Source: Candidatus Cryptobacteroides sp. (lineage in GTDB: Bacteria > Bacteroidota > Bacteroidia > Bacteroidales > UBA932). Taken from it: DNA of 64,000 nucleotides. The number at the start of each line of letters is the position of its first letter. Positions within the stretch are counted from its first letter, which is position 1. The notes below the pieces were generated by a model. It made no database searches and had not been told where the DNA came from. It was given only the letters and a program-made list of their open reading frames with translations. This document shows, one piece after another, positions 38,257 to 47,285 of the stretch. The position numbers and the translations under genes were made by a program. The stretch spans positions 1,683-65,682 of the forward strand of contig JBGVQX010000014.1 in NCBI GenBank assembly GCA_045127905.1, written 5' to 3'.

Positions 38257-39561
38257 ATGCAAAAAGCAAAACTTACTTTCTGGCAGATGTGGAATATCAG
38301 TTTCGGATTCTTCGGGGTTCAGATTGCATATTCTCTTCAGAACGCCAACATCAGCCGTATTTTTGCGACTTTGGGTGCGGATCCCCACGATCTCAGTTTC
38401 TTCTGGATCCTTCCGCCGCTCATGGGACTCATCGTCCAGCCGCTCGTCGGAAAATACAGCGACAGGACGTGGACCCGCCTTGGCAGACGCATCCCTTATC
38501 TTTTCCTTGGTTCAATAATCGCCATCCTCGTGATGTGCATGCTTCCTAATGCGGGCAGCTTCGGTCTTGCTGTGGGTGGTGCAATGATCTTCGGACTCAT
38601 TTCCCTTATGCTTCTTGACACTTCCATCAATGTTGCCATGCAGCCGTTCAAGATGCTTGTGGGCGATATGGTGAACGAGGAGCAGAAAGGACAGGCCTAC
38701 TCTATCCAGAGCTTCCTATGCAATGCCGGCAGCCTCGTCGGATATGTCTTCCCGTTCCTGTTCGCATGGCTCGGAATAGCAAATACAGCTCCAGAGGGCC
38801 AGGTGCCGGACACAGTGAAATATGCGTTCTACATCGGTTCAGCCATCCTTATCCTCTGTGTACTTTTCACAACGCTGAAGGTAAAGGAGATGCCTCCAAA
38901 GGAATATGCCGAATTCCATGGCATAGACCCTGAAAAGAAGGTAGAAGGCAAAGGACCGGGCATGTTTACCCTCCTGAAGAATGCTCCTAAGACATTCTGG
39001 ACGGTGGGACTGGTGCAGTTCTTCTGCTGGGCTGCTTTCCTCTATATGTGGACATATACCAACGGCGCTATCGCTGACACAGTGTGGGGAACGACAGATG
39101 TGTCGTCTGAAGGTTATCAGACGGCCGGCAACTGGGTGGGTATCCTCTTCGCAGTGCAGGCTATCGGATCGGTTCTCTGGGCTCTCGTAATCCCTAAGTT
39201 CAAGAACATCAAGACAGCATATGTTGTCAGTCTCCTCATCGGTGCTGCGGGCTTCGCTTCTGTGTTCTTCATCCACGACCAGTATCTCCTTTTCATCTCA
39301 TTCCTCTTTATCGGAGTTGCATGGGCAGCAATGCTGGCGGTTCCATTTACCCTCCTCACCAACTCGCTTTCAGGTGAGCACATCGGCACATACCTCGGCC
39401 TCTTCAACGGCACAATATGCCTTCCTCAGATTGCAGCCGCTGCATGCGGAGGATTCATTCTCAAGATGGTAGGCGGTGCGCAGGTGAGCATGTTCCTCGT
39501 TGCAGGAGTGCTTCTGGTGCTTGGAGCAGTGGCGGTACGTTTTGTAAATGAGAAGAAATAA
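38257..39561 (+). CDS. Maltose/maltodextrin MFS transporter (SLC45/MalT-like)
   Basis: NISFGFFGVQ, VQPLVGKYSDRT, GRRIPY, MQPFK. Confidence 0.88.
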   Translation: MQKAKLTFWQMWNISFGFFGVQIAYSLQNANISRIFATLGADPHDLSFFWILPPLMGLIVQPLVGKYSDRTWTRLGRRIPYLFLGSIIAILVMCMLPNAGSFGLAVGGAMIFGLISLMLLDTSINVAMQPFKMLVGDMVNEEQKGQAYSIQSFLCNAGSLVGYVFPFLFAWLGIANTAPEGQVPDTVKYAFYIGSAILILCVLFTTLKVKEMPPKEYAEFHGIDPEKKVEGKGPGMFTLLKNAPKTFWTVGLVQFFCWAAFLYMWTYTNGAIADTVWGTTDVSSEGYQTAGNWVGILFAVQAIGSVLWALVIPKFKNIKTAYVVSLLIGAAGFASVFFIHDQYLLFISFLFIGVAWAAMLAVPFTLLTNSLSGEHIGTYLGLFNGTICLPQIAAAACGGFILKMVGGAQVSMFLVAGVLLVLGAVAVRFVNEKK

Positions 39562-39622
39562 TCTCGGATACAGATATTTATCAACATATAATACAAACAA
39601 TTACTAACCAAACAAAATTCGT

Positions 39623-42600
39623 ATGAACAGAATTAAAACACTATGCGCATCCTTCGTGCTCTCATGCATTATGGGTGTGTCTGTATTCGCTCAGAGCGGA
39701 TACCCGGTGAAAGGTGTAGTTGTTGATCAGATCGGTCCTGTAATCGGTGCTACAGTCATCGAGCAGGGTACCACAAACGGTACATCAACCGACCTCGACG
39801 GTAACTATATCCTTACTGTTTCAAGCGCTGATGCTGTTGTTGAAATCAGCTGCATCGGTTATGCTACACAGGCATTTGTGGCTTCTCAGCTTCCTGCGAC
39901 TGTGACTCTCGCGGATGACACTCAGTTCCTCGATGAGGTTGTTGTCATCGGTTACGGTTCAGTGAAGAAGGAGGACATGACAGGTTCCATCACTGCAATC
40001 AAGAGCGATGAGCTCAACCGCGGTGCAATGGTAAATACCCAGGACATGCTCAAGGGTAAGGTTCCGGGCCTTCTCATCACCCCTGGTGACGGTGGTCCAG
40101 GAGCAGGATCTACAATCCGTATCCGTGGTGCCGCTTCCCTCAACGCATCTAACGACCCGCTCATCATCATCGATGGAGTTCCGATCGCAAGCGATGCAGG
40201 TAACGGTATGGCCAACCCTCTTGATATGATCAACCCTAATGACATCGACTCTTTCACTGTCCTCAAGGACGCTTCTTCAGCTGCGATCTATGGTTCACGT
40301 GCATCAAACGGTGTCATCATGATCACAACAAAGAAGGGTAAGGGTAACAGACCTCAGGTGTCTTACAGCGGTAGCATGAGCGTTCAGACCAACTCCAAGA
40401 AGCTTCCTGTCATGAATCCGGGCGAGTTCCGTGAGCTTGTGGGCGAAGTGTTCACAGAGGAGGCTTATCCTCAGCACTATGCTGTGGTTCAGAGGAGACT
40501 TGGTGATGTTAATGTTGATTATCAGGACCTTATCTTCCAGACAGCTATCAGTCACGATCACAATGTGAGTGTCTCAGGTAATGTGAATGACCGTATGCCT
40601 TACCGTGCGTCTATCGGCTACACTGACCAGAGCGGAACTCTCATTGGTTCTACATATGATAAGGGTACTATCGACTTCAGCCTGAACCCTAATTTCTTCG
40701 ACAAGCATCTCACTCTCAACCTCAATGCAAAGGGAGTATATACAAAGTCGAATTATGTTGATGGCGGAGTAGTAGGTGGTGCTGCATTCTACAATCCTAC
40801 GCAGGATCCTTACTTCAGGAATGCAGACGGTACTATCAATACTGACATCTGCAACGGATACTTCAACTATGGTACTTACAATGAAGATAAAGGCGTATTT
40901 GCCGGCAACACAGTGCTTGGCGTAGGTCCAATGTCTCTTCTCTATGACAAGTACAGCGGCGCAATGACCGGCCGTTTCATCGGTAGCGCAGGTATTGAAT
41001 ATAAGGTTCATGGACTTGAGGCTCTCAAACTCAATGTGAATGCCTCTATCGACTGGTCTGAGACCAACTCAAAGAGTGGAGTTAACCCTGGATCATTCCA
41101 GGCCTGGTCAGATAGCGAGAATCCAGGAATCGGACAGTACTCACTTGGCTATCAGCAGCGCCAGAGCAAGGCTCTCGAGGCTTATGCAAACTACAACGAG
41201 ACTTGGGGAATCCACAACCTCGATGTTATGGCAGGTTATTCTTGGCAGCACTTCTACGGCAAGTCTCACGATGTATCATACTTCAACATCACTGACGCAA
41301 TCAAGCCGCTTGATTCAGGTTATCCTTGGTGGAAGTGGGAAAGCTACCTCGTTTCATTCTATGGACGTATCAACTACTCTATAGCTTCGAAGTATCTCTT
41401 TACATTCTCTCTCCGTAATGACGGTTCTTCACGCTTCTCTCCTGAAACACGTTGGGGTCTTTTCCCTTCAGGAGCATTCGCATGGAACGCTAAGGAGGAA
41501 GGCTTCCTTAAGGATGTGAAGGCAGTGTCACAGCTCAAGCTTCGTCTTTCTGCAGGTATGACAGGTCAGCAGGACGGTATCGCAGAGTATGCTCACCTGG
41601 CTCGTTACAGCCTTTCTACAAACTCATATAACAGATATCCTATGGGTGCAGCAGGACTGCAGTTCGTATATACTCCAGCTGCTTACGACCCAGGTATCAA
41701 GTGGGAGACTACCACTACATACAACGTAGGTATCGACTTCGGTTTCCTCGGAGACAGGATTACAGGTAATGTGGATGCTTATCTCCGCAACACGGAAGAC
41801 CTTCTCAACTCAGTTCAGACCCCTATGGGTTCAAACTTCGGTAACACAATCCTTACCAATATCGGTTCGCTTCAGAACAAGGGTATCGAGTTTGCTCTCA
41901 ACGTGATTCCTGTTCAGACAAATGACTGGCATCTTTCTATCGGTGTAAACGGAACATTCCAGGATACTAAGTTTACGAAGCTTAATGCTACTAATGATGC
42001 TGATTTCTATATGGACGCATCTTCTCTCCCTGGTACAGGACGTATACTTGGTCGTCACCAGGTGGGCAATGCACCATACAGCTACTATGTGTTCCAGCAG
42101 CTCTATGATTCAGAGGGAATGCCTATCCAGAATGCTTTCGTGGACCGCAACGAGGATGGAAACATCAACGATGCTGACCGCTATTGCGCAGGTGATCCTA
42201 ACCCTGACTTCTATTACGGTATCAACGTGAAGCTGTCTTACAAGAACTGGGACTTTGGATTCAACGGTCATGGAAACATCGGTTACACAGTATATGATGC
42301 TTTCGGAGCGATGAACTCTACAACCTACTTCGATGCAAACCAGGGACACCTTCCTAACTTCGCGACTGCAGTAAAGACTACTGGCTTCACTGATGTGAAT
42401 GATACATATCAGTATATTACAGACCTCTTTATCAAGGATGCGTCATTCTTCCGTATGGATGACATCAATCTCGGTTATACATTCAAGGAGATCGGAAATT
42501 GGGGAGGCAACATCCGTGTGGCTGCATCATGCCAGAATGTATTCGTTATTACAGGCTTTAAGGGTGTGGATCCTGAGACCAACAACACTTCAGGTATCAA

Positions 42601-42658
42601 CAACTCGTTCTGGCCAAGACCTCGTACATTCTCTCTCCGTCTGAACGTTAACTTCTAA
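39623..42658 (+). CDS. susC: SusC-like TonB-dependent transporter 1
   Basis: VVIGYG, IRIRG, VLKDASSAAIYGSRASNGV, C-terminal F. Confidence 0.97.
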   Translation: MNRIKTLCASFVLSCIMGVSVFAQSGYPVKGVVVDQIGPVIGATVIEQGTTNGTSTDLDGNYILTVSSADAVVEISCIGYATQAFVASQLPATVTLADDTQFLDEVVVIGYGSVKKEDMTGSITAIKSDELNRGAMVNTQDMLKGKVPGLLITPGDGGPGAGSTIRIRGAASLNASNDPLIIIDGVPIASDAGNGMANPLDMINPNDIDSFTVLKDASSAAIYGSRASNGVIMITTKKGKGNRPQVSYSGSMSVQTNSKKLPVMNPGEFRELVGEVFTEEAYPQHYAVVQRRLGDVNVDYQDLIFQTAISHDHNVSVSGNVNDRMPYRASIGYTDQSGTLIGSTYDKGTIDFSLNPNFFDKHLTLNLNAKGVYTKSNYVDGGVVGGAAFYNPTQDPYFRNADGTINTDICNGYFNYGTYNEDKGVFAGNTVLGVGPMSLLYDKYSGAMTGRFIGSAGIEYKVHGLEALKLNVNASIDWSETNSKSGVNPGSFQAWSDSENPGIGQYSLGYQQRQSKALEAYANYNETWGIHNLDVMAGYSWQHFYGKSHDVSYFNITDAIKPLDSGYPWWKWESYLVSFYGRINYSIASKYLFTFSLRNDGSSRFSPETRWGLFPSGAFAWNAKEEGFLKDVKAVSQLKLRLSAGMTGQQDGIAEYAHLARYSLSTNSYNRYPMGAAGLQFVYTPAAYDPGIKWETTTTYNVGIDFGFLGDRITGNVDAYLRNTEDLLNSVQTPMGSNFGNTILTNIGSLQNKGIEFALNVIPVQTNDWHLSIGVNGTFQDTKFTKLNATNDADFYMDASSLPGTGRILGRHQVGNAPYSYYVFQQLYDSEGMPIQNAFVDRNEDGNINDADRYCAGDPNPDFYYGINVKLSYKNWDFGFNGHGNIGYTVYDAFGAMNSTTYFDANQGHLPNFATAVKTTGFTDVNDTYQYITDLFIKDASFFRMDDINLGYTFKEIGNWGGNIRVAASCQNVFVITGFKGVDPETNNTSGINNSFWPRPRTFSLRLNVNF

Positions 42659-42669
42659 TCGGAATCGAC

Positions 42670-44307
42670 ATGAAAATGAACATTAAAAATATTTTTTCAG
42701 CAGTGGCAGCTGCTGCAATGCTCACAGCCTGTGTCGGAGACCTGGATACTATTCCTTTGAATCCGACCGATGTGACATCTGAGACAGCATATGGTGCGGA
42801 TGAGGCCGGTTATCTTTCTGGACTCACCAAGCTCTACTACCAGTTTGTTTCTAACGACACTCAGGATCTCAAGGTTACTGACGGTGGTGCATCTGAATTT
42901 ATCCGTGGCCTCTGGTCAACACAGGAGGTTACAACAGATGCAGCAAAGAATGCATGGCCTGATGGTTGGGTGAATGAGATGAATAACAACACATGGAGAG
43001 GTGACGTCCTTAATGATGCAGTATATGCAGTGTATGTGCGTTCTCTTCAGGGTATAGCATACGTCAATGAGTATCTTCGTCAGACAGAAGATGAGAAGCT
43101 CGCATTAAGGGGCGTAAGCGCAGATCTCAAGGCTAAGATCCAGGGATTCCGTGCCGAGGCTCGTTTTATCAGGGCATTCTTCTATTGGGCTCTGGTGGAT
43201 TCATTCGGTAATGTGCCTTTCTCGACTGAGACTTCACCATTCGGTGGCGGATACAACCCTCCACAGACAGACCGTGCGAAAATCTTCAATTATGTAGTGG
43301 ACGAACTTAAGGCACTTGCAGCTGACGGAAGTGCTATGCCTGCAGCTCAGTCAAACTATCCGCGTGCAGACAAGGGCTCGTGCCTTGGTCTCCTCGCACG
43401 TATGTATCTGAATGCTGAGGTTTATACCGGCACTGCCATGTGGGCAGAGGCAAAGGCAACTTGCGAGAAGATTTATAATCTCGGTTACAGACTTGCTCCT
43501 ACCCATGACGAACTCTTCAGAGGAGATAACGACACAAACCCTGACGCAAAGGGAGAATTCCTCTTTGCTGCTGCTTACGATACAATGAACACTCAGTCTT
43601 GGGGTGGTACAACATATCTGACATGTGGTTCACTCAATGGCGACACAGATGGTCCTATCTACCTTACAGGATGTAAGTCCGGATGGTCTGGTAACCGTCT
43701 TCCTTTCGAGTATGTCGAGAAATACTTCAACGTTACCGATGCAGATTATGAAGCAGGTACCTATACTGTAGCTGATGAACGTGGCAAGCGTTTCTATATG
43801 AAGGGACGTAAGGGCAAAATCGAGGATCTCAAGAACTTTACTGATGGATGGGCATGCTACAAATACAGCAATATCCCTCATGACAAGACAGCTGATGAGT
43901 TCTCTGCAGAGGCTGCCAATATCGAGTTCAGTAACATTGATTTCCCTCTTATCCGCCTTGGTGAGATCCATCTTATCTATGCTGAGGCTTGTATGCACGC
44001 AGGTGGCGACGCTTCTGCTCAGGTCAAGGCTCTTGCAGACCGCGCAAAGGTTGCTGCTCCATCAGTAATCGACGAGAACTTCCTCATTGCAGAGCGCGCT
44101 CGCGAACTTATGTGGGAGGGTCACCGTCGTACTGACCTTGTGCGTTACGGCAAGTTCACCAGCAAGGATTTCCCTTGGCCATTCAAGGGTGGCTCACCTC
44201 AGGGTAACGTAGATCTTGGTGATCATATGAACATATTCCCTATCCCGTCAACAGAGCTTGCAACAAACCTTGACCTTGTGCAGAACCCTGGTTATGCCGG
44301 AAGATAG
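42670..44307 (+). CDS. susD: SusD-like lipoprotein 1
   Basis: Lipobox LTAC, AEARFIRA, ERARELMWEGHRRTDL, QNPGY. Confidence 0.96.
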   Translation: MKMNIKNIFSAVAAAAMLTACVGDLDTIPLNPTDVTSETAYGADEAGYLSGLTKLYYQFVSNDTQDLKVTDGGASEFIRGLWSTQEVTTDAAKNAWPDGWVNEMNNNTWRGDVLNDAVYAVYVRSLQGIAYVNEYLRQTEDEKLALRGVSADLKAKIQGFRAEARFIRAFFYWALVDSFGNVPFSTETSPFGGGYNPPQTDRAKIFNYVVDELKALAADGSAMPAAQSNYPRADKGSCLGLLARMYLNAEVYTGTAMWAEAKATCEKIYNLGYRLAPTHDELFRGDNDTNPDAKGEFLFAAAYDTMNTQSWGGTTYLTCGSLNGDTDGPIYLTGCKSGWSGNRLPFEYVEKYFNVTDADYEAGTYTVADERGKRFYMKGRKGKIEDLKNFTDGWACYKYSNIPHDKTADEFSAEAANIEFSNIDFPLIRLGEIHLIYAEACMHAGGDASAQVKALADRAKVAAPSVIDENFLIAERARELMWEGHRRTDLVRYGKFTSKDFPWPFKGGSPQGNVDLGDHMNIFPIPSTELATNLDLVQNPGYAGR

Positions 44308-44327
44308 TAATATAACATCTTAAGAAT

Positions 44328-47222
44328 ATGAAACTTACAAAATACATTCTTTCATTTGCGGCAGCGGCAGGTATTCTTGCCGGCTGTCAGACTCCTGAGA
44401 TCGTGCAGATCGCAGCTCCAGAGGATGTTGTTCCTGCTGTTCTGCATGAACTTGAGTTGGATGAGATTGCAATCACTGCTAACAATCAGCAGGAGACCGT
44501 GACATTCTCTTGGGATGCTGCTGATTACGGTGCTGCAACTTCTGTACGCTACTCTGTTGAGGCTTCCCTTTCTGAGGATGGCAAAAAGGTCGAGATCGCA
44601 TCAGGTCTTGACAAGACTGAGGCAAATGTGACCTATGAGGACCTCAACCGAGTTCTCTTCAATGATCTTGAAGTTCCTGAAGGAAAGGCAACTGAACTAA
44701 AGGTTTACATCGGTTCGATCATTTATTCAGGAGCTGTTACTGCTTCTTATCCTAAGGTTTACTCAGAGCCAAAGTCTCTGACAGTTACCGTTACAGCTGC
44801 TGAGAAGGTTTATCCGATGGTTTATGTTATCGGTGATTTCAACGGTTGGAAAGACGGTACGACCCAGGAACTCTTTGAGTTCACTCCTGCGTCAGGCCAA
44901 TACAGCGGTATGCTCGGCTTCGGTGGCAAGGCTGCCAACGGTTGGAAGATCAAGGGAACTGCAGAAGGTTGGGATGATACATGCAACTGGGGTCTGGATG
45001 GAGACAAAGAGACTCCAGCAGCTGAGGCTTCTGAACTTACTCTCATCACTTCAGGTGGTTCTAAGGATATTAAGATTTATTCAAAGAACTTCTACAACGT
45101 GACGTTCGATAAGACGGCTCTTACACTCAAGGTAAACCTTTCGTTCGACCAGATCGGTGTTATCGGTTCATTCAATGAATGGGGAGCAGACGTCGTGATG
45201 AAATTTGACGATGTTAAGCAGAAGTTCTACGCTGACGTTGAGTTTGCTGCAGATGCTGAATTCAAGTTCCGTCTTGACGGTGCATGGACAATTTCTTATG
45301 GTACAGGCACAGACGGATTCCTTACTTCAGATAATGGTGGCAATATTTCTGCGAAGGCTGGTAACTATCGCGTTTACCTTAACATGAACAACCTGGGTGA
45401 GATTACATATGAGCTTAACAAGGGTGATTATGGCGCTTCGACTCCAGAACCGGAGCCAGAACCAGAACCGGAACCAGATCCAACTCCAGTTGTAGGTTGG
45501 TCCCTTATCGGTGCATTCAACAGCTGGGCTGGTGACCACATGCTTGCATCTGATGGCACATACCTTGTTGCTAAGGGAGTTGCTCTTGAGGGTGAGTTCA
45601 AGTTCCGTAAGGATGGTGACTGGGCAGTTAACTTCGGTGCTGCCGATGGTGCCGCATTCGCTGCAAACACTGAGGTGGCTCTTGCTCAGGATGGTGCTAA
45701 CCTTGTTGCTGTGGCTGGTACTTATGACGTATACCTCGATGAGGCTAACGCTAAGGCATGGTTCATCACTGACGGCTCATACCCAGGTGGTGGAGCTGCT
45801 CCAGAGGCTTCTGAGTGGGGACTGATCGGTTCAATGGCAGCCTCAAACAGCTGGGGTAAAAATATTCCGCTTTTTGTTGAGGGAGATTATTCTGTAGCAA
45901 AGGGAGTAGTATTTGCTGATAATGATCAGTTTAAGTTTAGAAAAGGTGAGACTTGGGGTACTGAGCTTACATATGAAGGTGCTATCTCAATTGATGCAAA
46001 ACTTCCTCTTATCGATGGCACTGGTGGAAAGCAGAATTCTAGTATTGTTACCGGTGGAACTTATGATGTATATTTAGCTAACGATCTCTCTGCATTCTAT
46101 GTAATGACTCCTGGCAAGACTCCTGCTGATGCTGGTGTCGCACCGGAGCCAGAGCCAGAGCCAGAGCCAACTCCAGATCCTTCTGCAGTATGGGGTGTTG
46201 TAGGTACAATCACTAACTGGGCTGACAAGGCTGACATCAACATGGTTGAGGAAGGCGATTGGCTTGTTGCAAAGGGTGTGGCATTGACTACAACTGATGA
46301 GTTCAAGTTCCGTACAAACGGTACATGGGGAACAGAGAGAACAGCCACTACTACAGATCCTGTAGCTATCAATACAGAGTATGAGGCCGCAGCTGGTTCT
46401 GGAAACATCAAGGTTGCTGTCGATGGTACATTCGACCTTTATCTTGCAAAGACTTTGGATAAGTTCTATGTGATGACAGCAGGTCTTACTCCTGGCCAGA
46501 CTCCAGAGGAGCCAAAGCCAGAGGAGCCTGAGTTCGAGGCTGTGGAGTCCATCTATGGTGTTATCGGAGTTAACAATGATTGGACTAAAGACATCATGAT
46601 GTATACTACACCAGTTGAAGACCTGTTTGTTGCTCGTAATGTTGTGTTTACAGCGGATGGCGGCTTCAAGGTGCGTAAGGCTGGTGCATGGGATGATACT
46701 GCAAACTTCGGTCTTGAGAACGGAAAGGCTGCAGTTGTTGTTGACCATGTTTATAATGTTATCACAAGTGGCGGATCTGGTGACCTTCTCGTTCCTGCCG
46801 GTGCATATGACATCTGGTTCGACTTTAAGAATATGAAGATTTATGTCATGACTCCAGGCAAGGATATTTCTGAGGCAACACCTGGTGAGGGTGTGGTTCC
46901 GGAACCCGTGGAAGGCGAGCCATGGTATCTCGTTGGTAACTTCAATGGCTGGTCTCCTGCAGATGCAAACTATCAGATGACGTTTGATGGTACATGGTAT
47001 GTATTCAAGAACTTTGCTGCCGATGGTAAGGGTATGAAATTCGTCGGTGACTCTAACTGGTCAAGAGAGCGTGTTGGTACGTTCAAGTCGGCTAATACAG
47101 CAATCTCTGTTGCAAAGGGTTCTGGTGATATGTTCCCAACTGCCGGAACATATGACGTATACCTTAGCGCAGATGCTAAGACAGCATACTTCATGACTCC
47201 AGGAACAACTCCTGCAAACTAA
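44328..47222 (+). CDS. SusE/SusF-like surface glycan-binding lipoprotein with seven repeated modules
   Basis: Lipobox LAGC; SusE-like N domain; repeated (W/Y/I)xxxG...W...FKF/KxR...G(T/N/A)YD modules; PEPEP linkers. Confidence 0.88.
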   Translation: MKLTKYILSFAAAAGILAGCQTPEIVQIAAPEDVVPAVLHELELDEIAITANNQQETVTFSWDAADYGAATSVRYSVEASLSEDGKKVEIASGLDKTEANVTYEDLNRVLFNDLEVPEGKATELKVYIGSIIYSGAVTASYPKVYSEPKSLTVTVTAAEKVYPMVYVIGDFNGWKDGTTQELFEFTPASGQYSGMLGFGGKAANGWKIKGTAEGWDDTCNWGLDGDKETPAAEASELTLITSGGSKDIKIYSKNFYNVTFDKTALTLKVNLSFDQIGVIGSFNEWGADVVMKFDDVKQKFYADVEFAADAEFKFRLDGAWTISYGTGTDGFLTSDNGGNISAKAGNYRVYLNMNNLGEITYELNKGDYGASTPEPEPEPEPEPDPTPVVGWSLIGAFNSWAGDHMLASDGTYLVAKGVALEGEFKFRKDGDWAVNFGAADGAAFAANTEVALAQDGANLVAVAGTYDVYLDEANAKAWFITDGSYPGGGAAPEASEWGLIGSMAASNSWGKNIPLFVEGDYSVAKGVVFADNDQFKFRKGETWGTELTYEGAISIDAKLPLIDGTGGKQNSSIVTGGTYDVYLANDLSAFYVMTPGKTPADAGVAPEPEPEPEPTPDPSAVWGVVGTITNWADKADINMVEEGDWLVAKGVALTTTDEFKFRTNGTWGTERTATTTDPVAINTEYEAAAGSGNIKVAVDGTFDLYLAKTLDKFYVMTAGLTPGQTPEEPKPEEPEFEAVESIYGVIGVNNDWTKDIMMYTTPVEDLFVARNVVFTADGGFKVRKAGAWDDTANFGLENGKAAVVVDHVYNVITSGGSGDLLVPAGAYDIWFDFKNMKIYVMTPGKDISEATPGEGVVPEPVEGEPWYLVGNFNGWSPADANYQMTFDGTWYVFKNFAADGKGMKFVGDSNWSRERVGTFKSANTAISVAKGSGDMFPTAGTYDVYLSADAKTAYFMTPGTTPAN

Positions 47223-47229
47223 ATACTTC

Positions 47230-47261
47230 AAGCCAGCGGCCCCTGACCGGACCGCTGGCTT
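47230..47261 (+). terminator. Intra-operon hairpin (terminator or mRNA stabiliser)
   Basis: AAGCCAGCGG...CCGCTGGCTT. Confidence 0.65.
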
Positions 47262-47285
47262 CTAATGAATAATAACTAAGATACT

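Noticed and set aside
45440-46180. CCAGAG/CCAGAA microsatellites as phase-variation tracts
   Set aside because: In-frame 6-bp units encoding PEPEP linkers; slippage would not shift the frame
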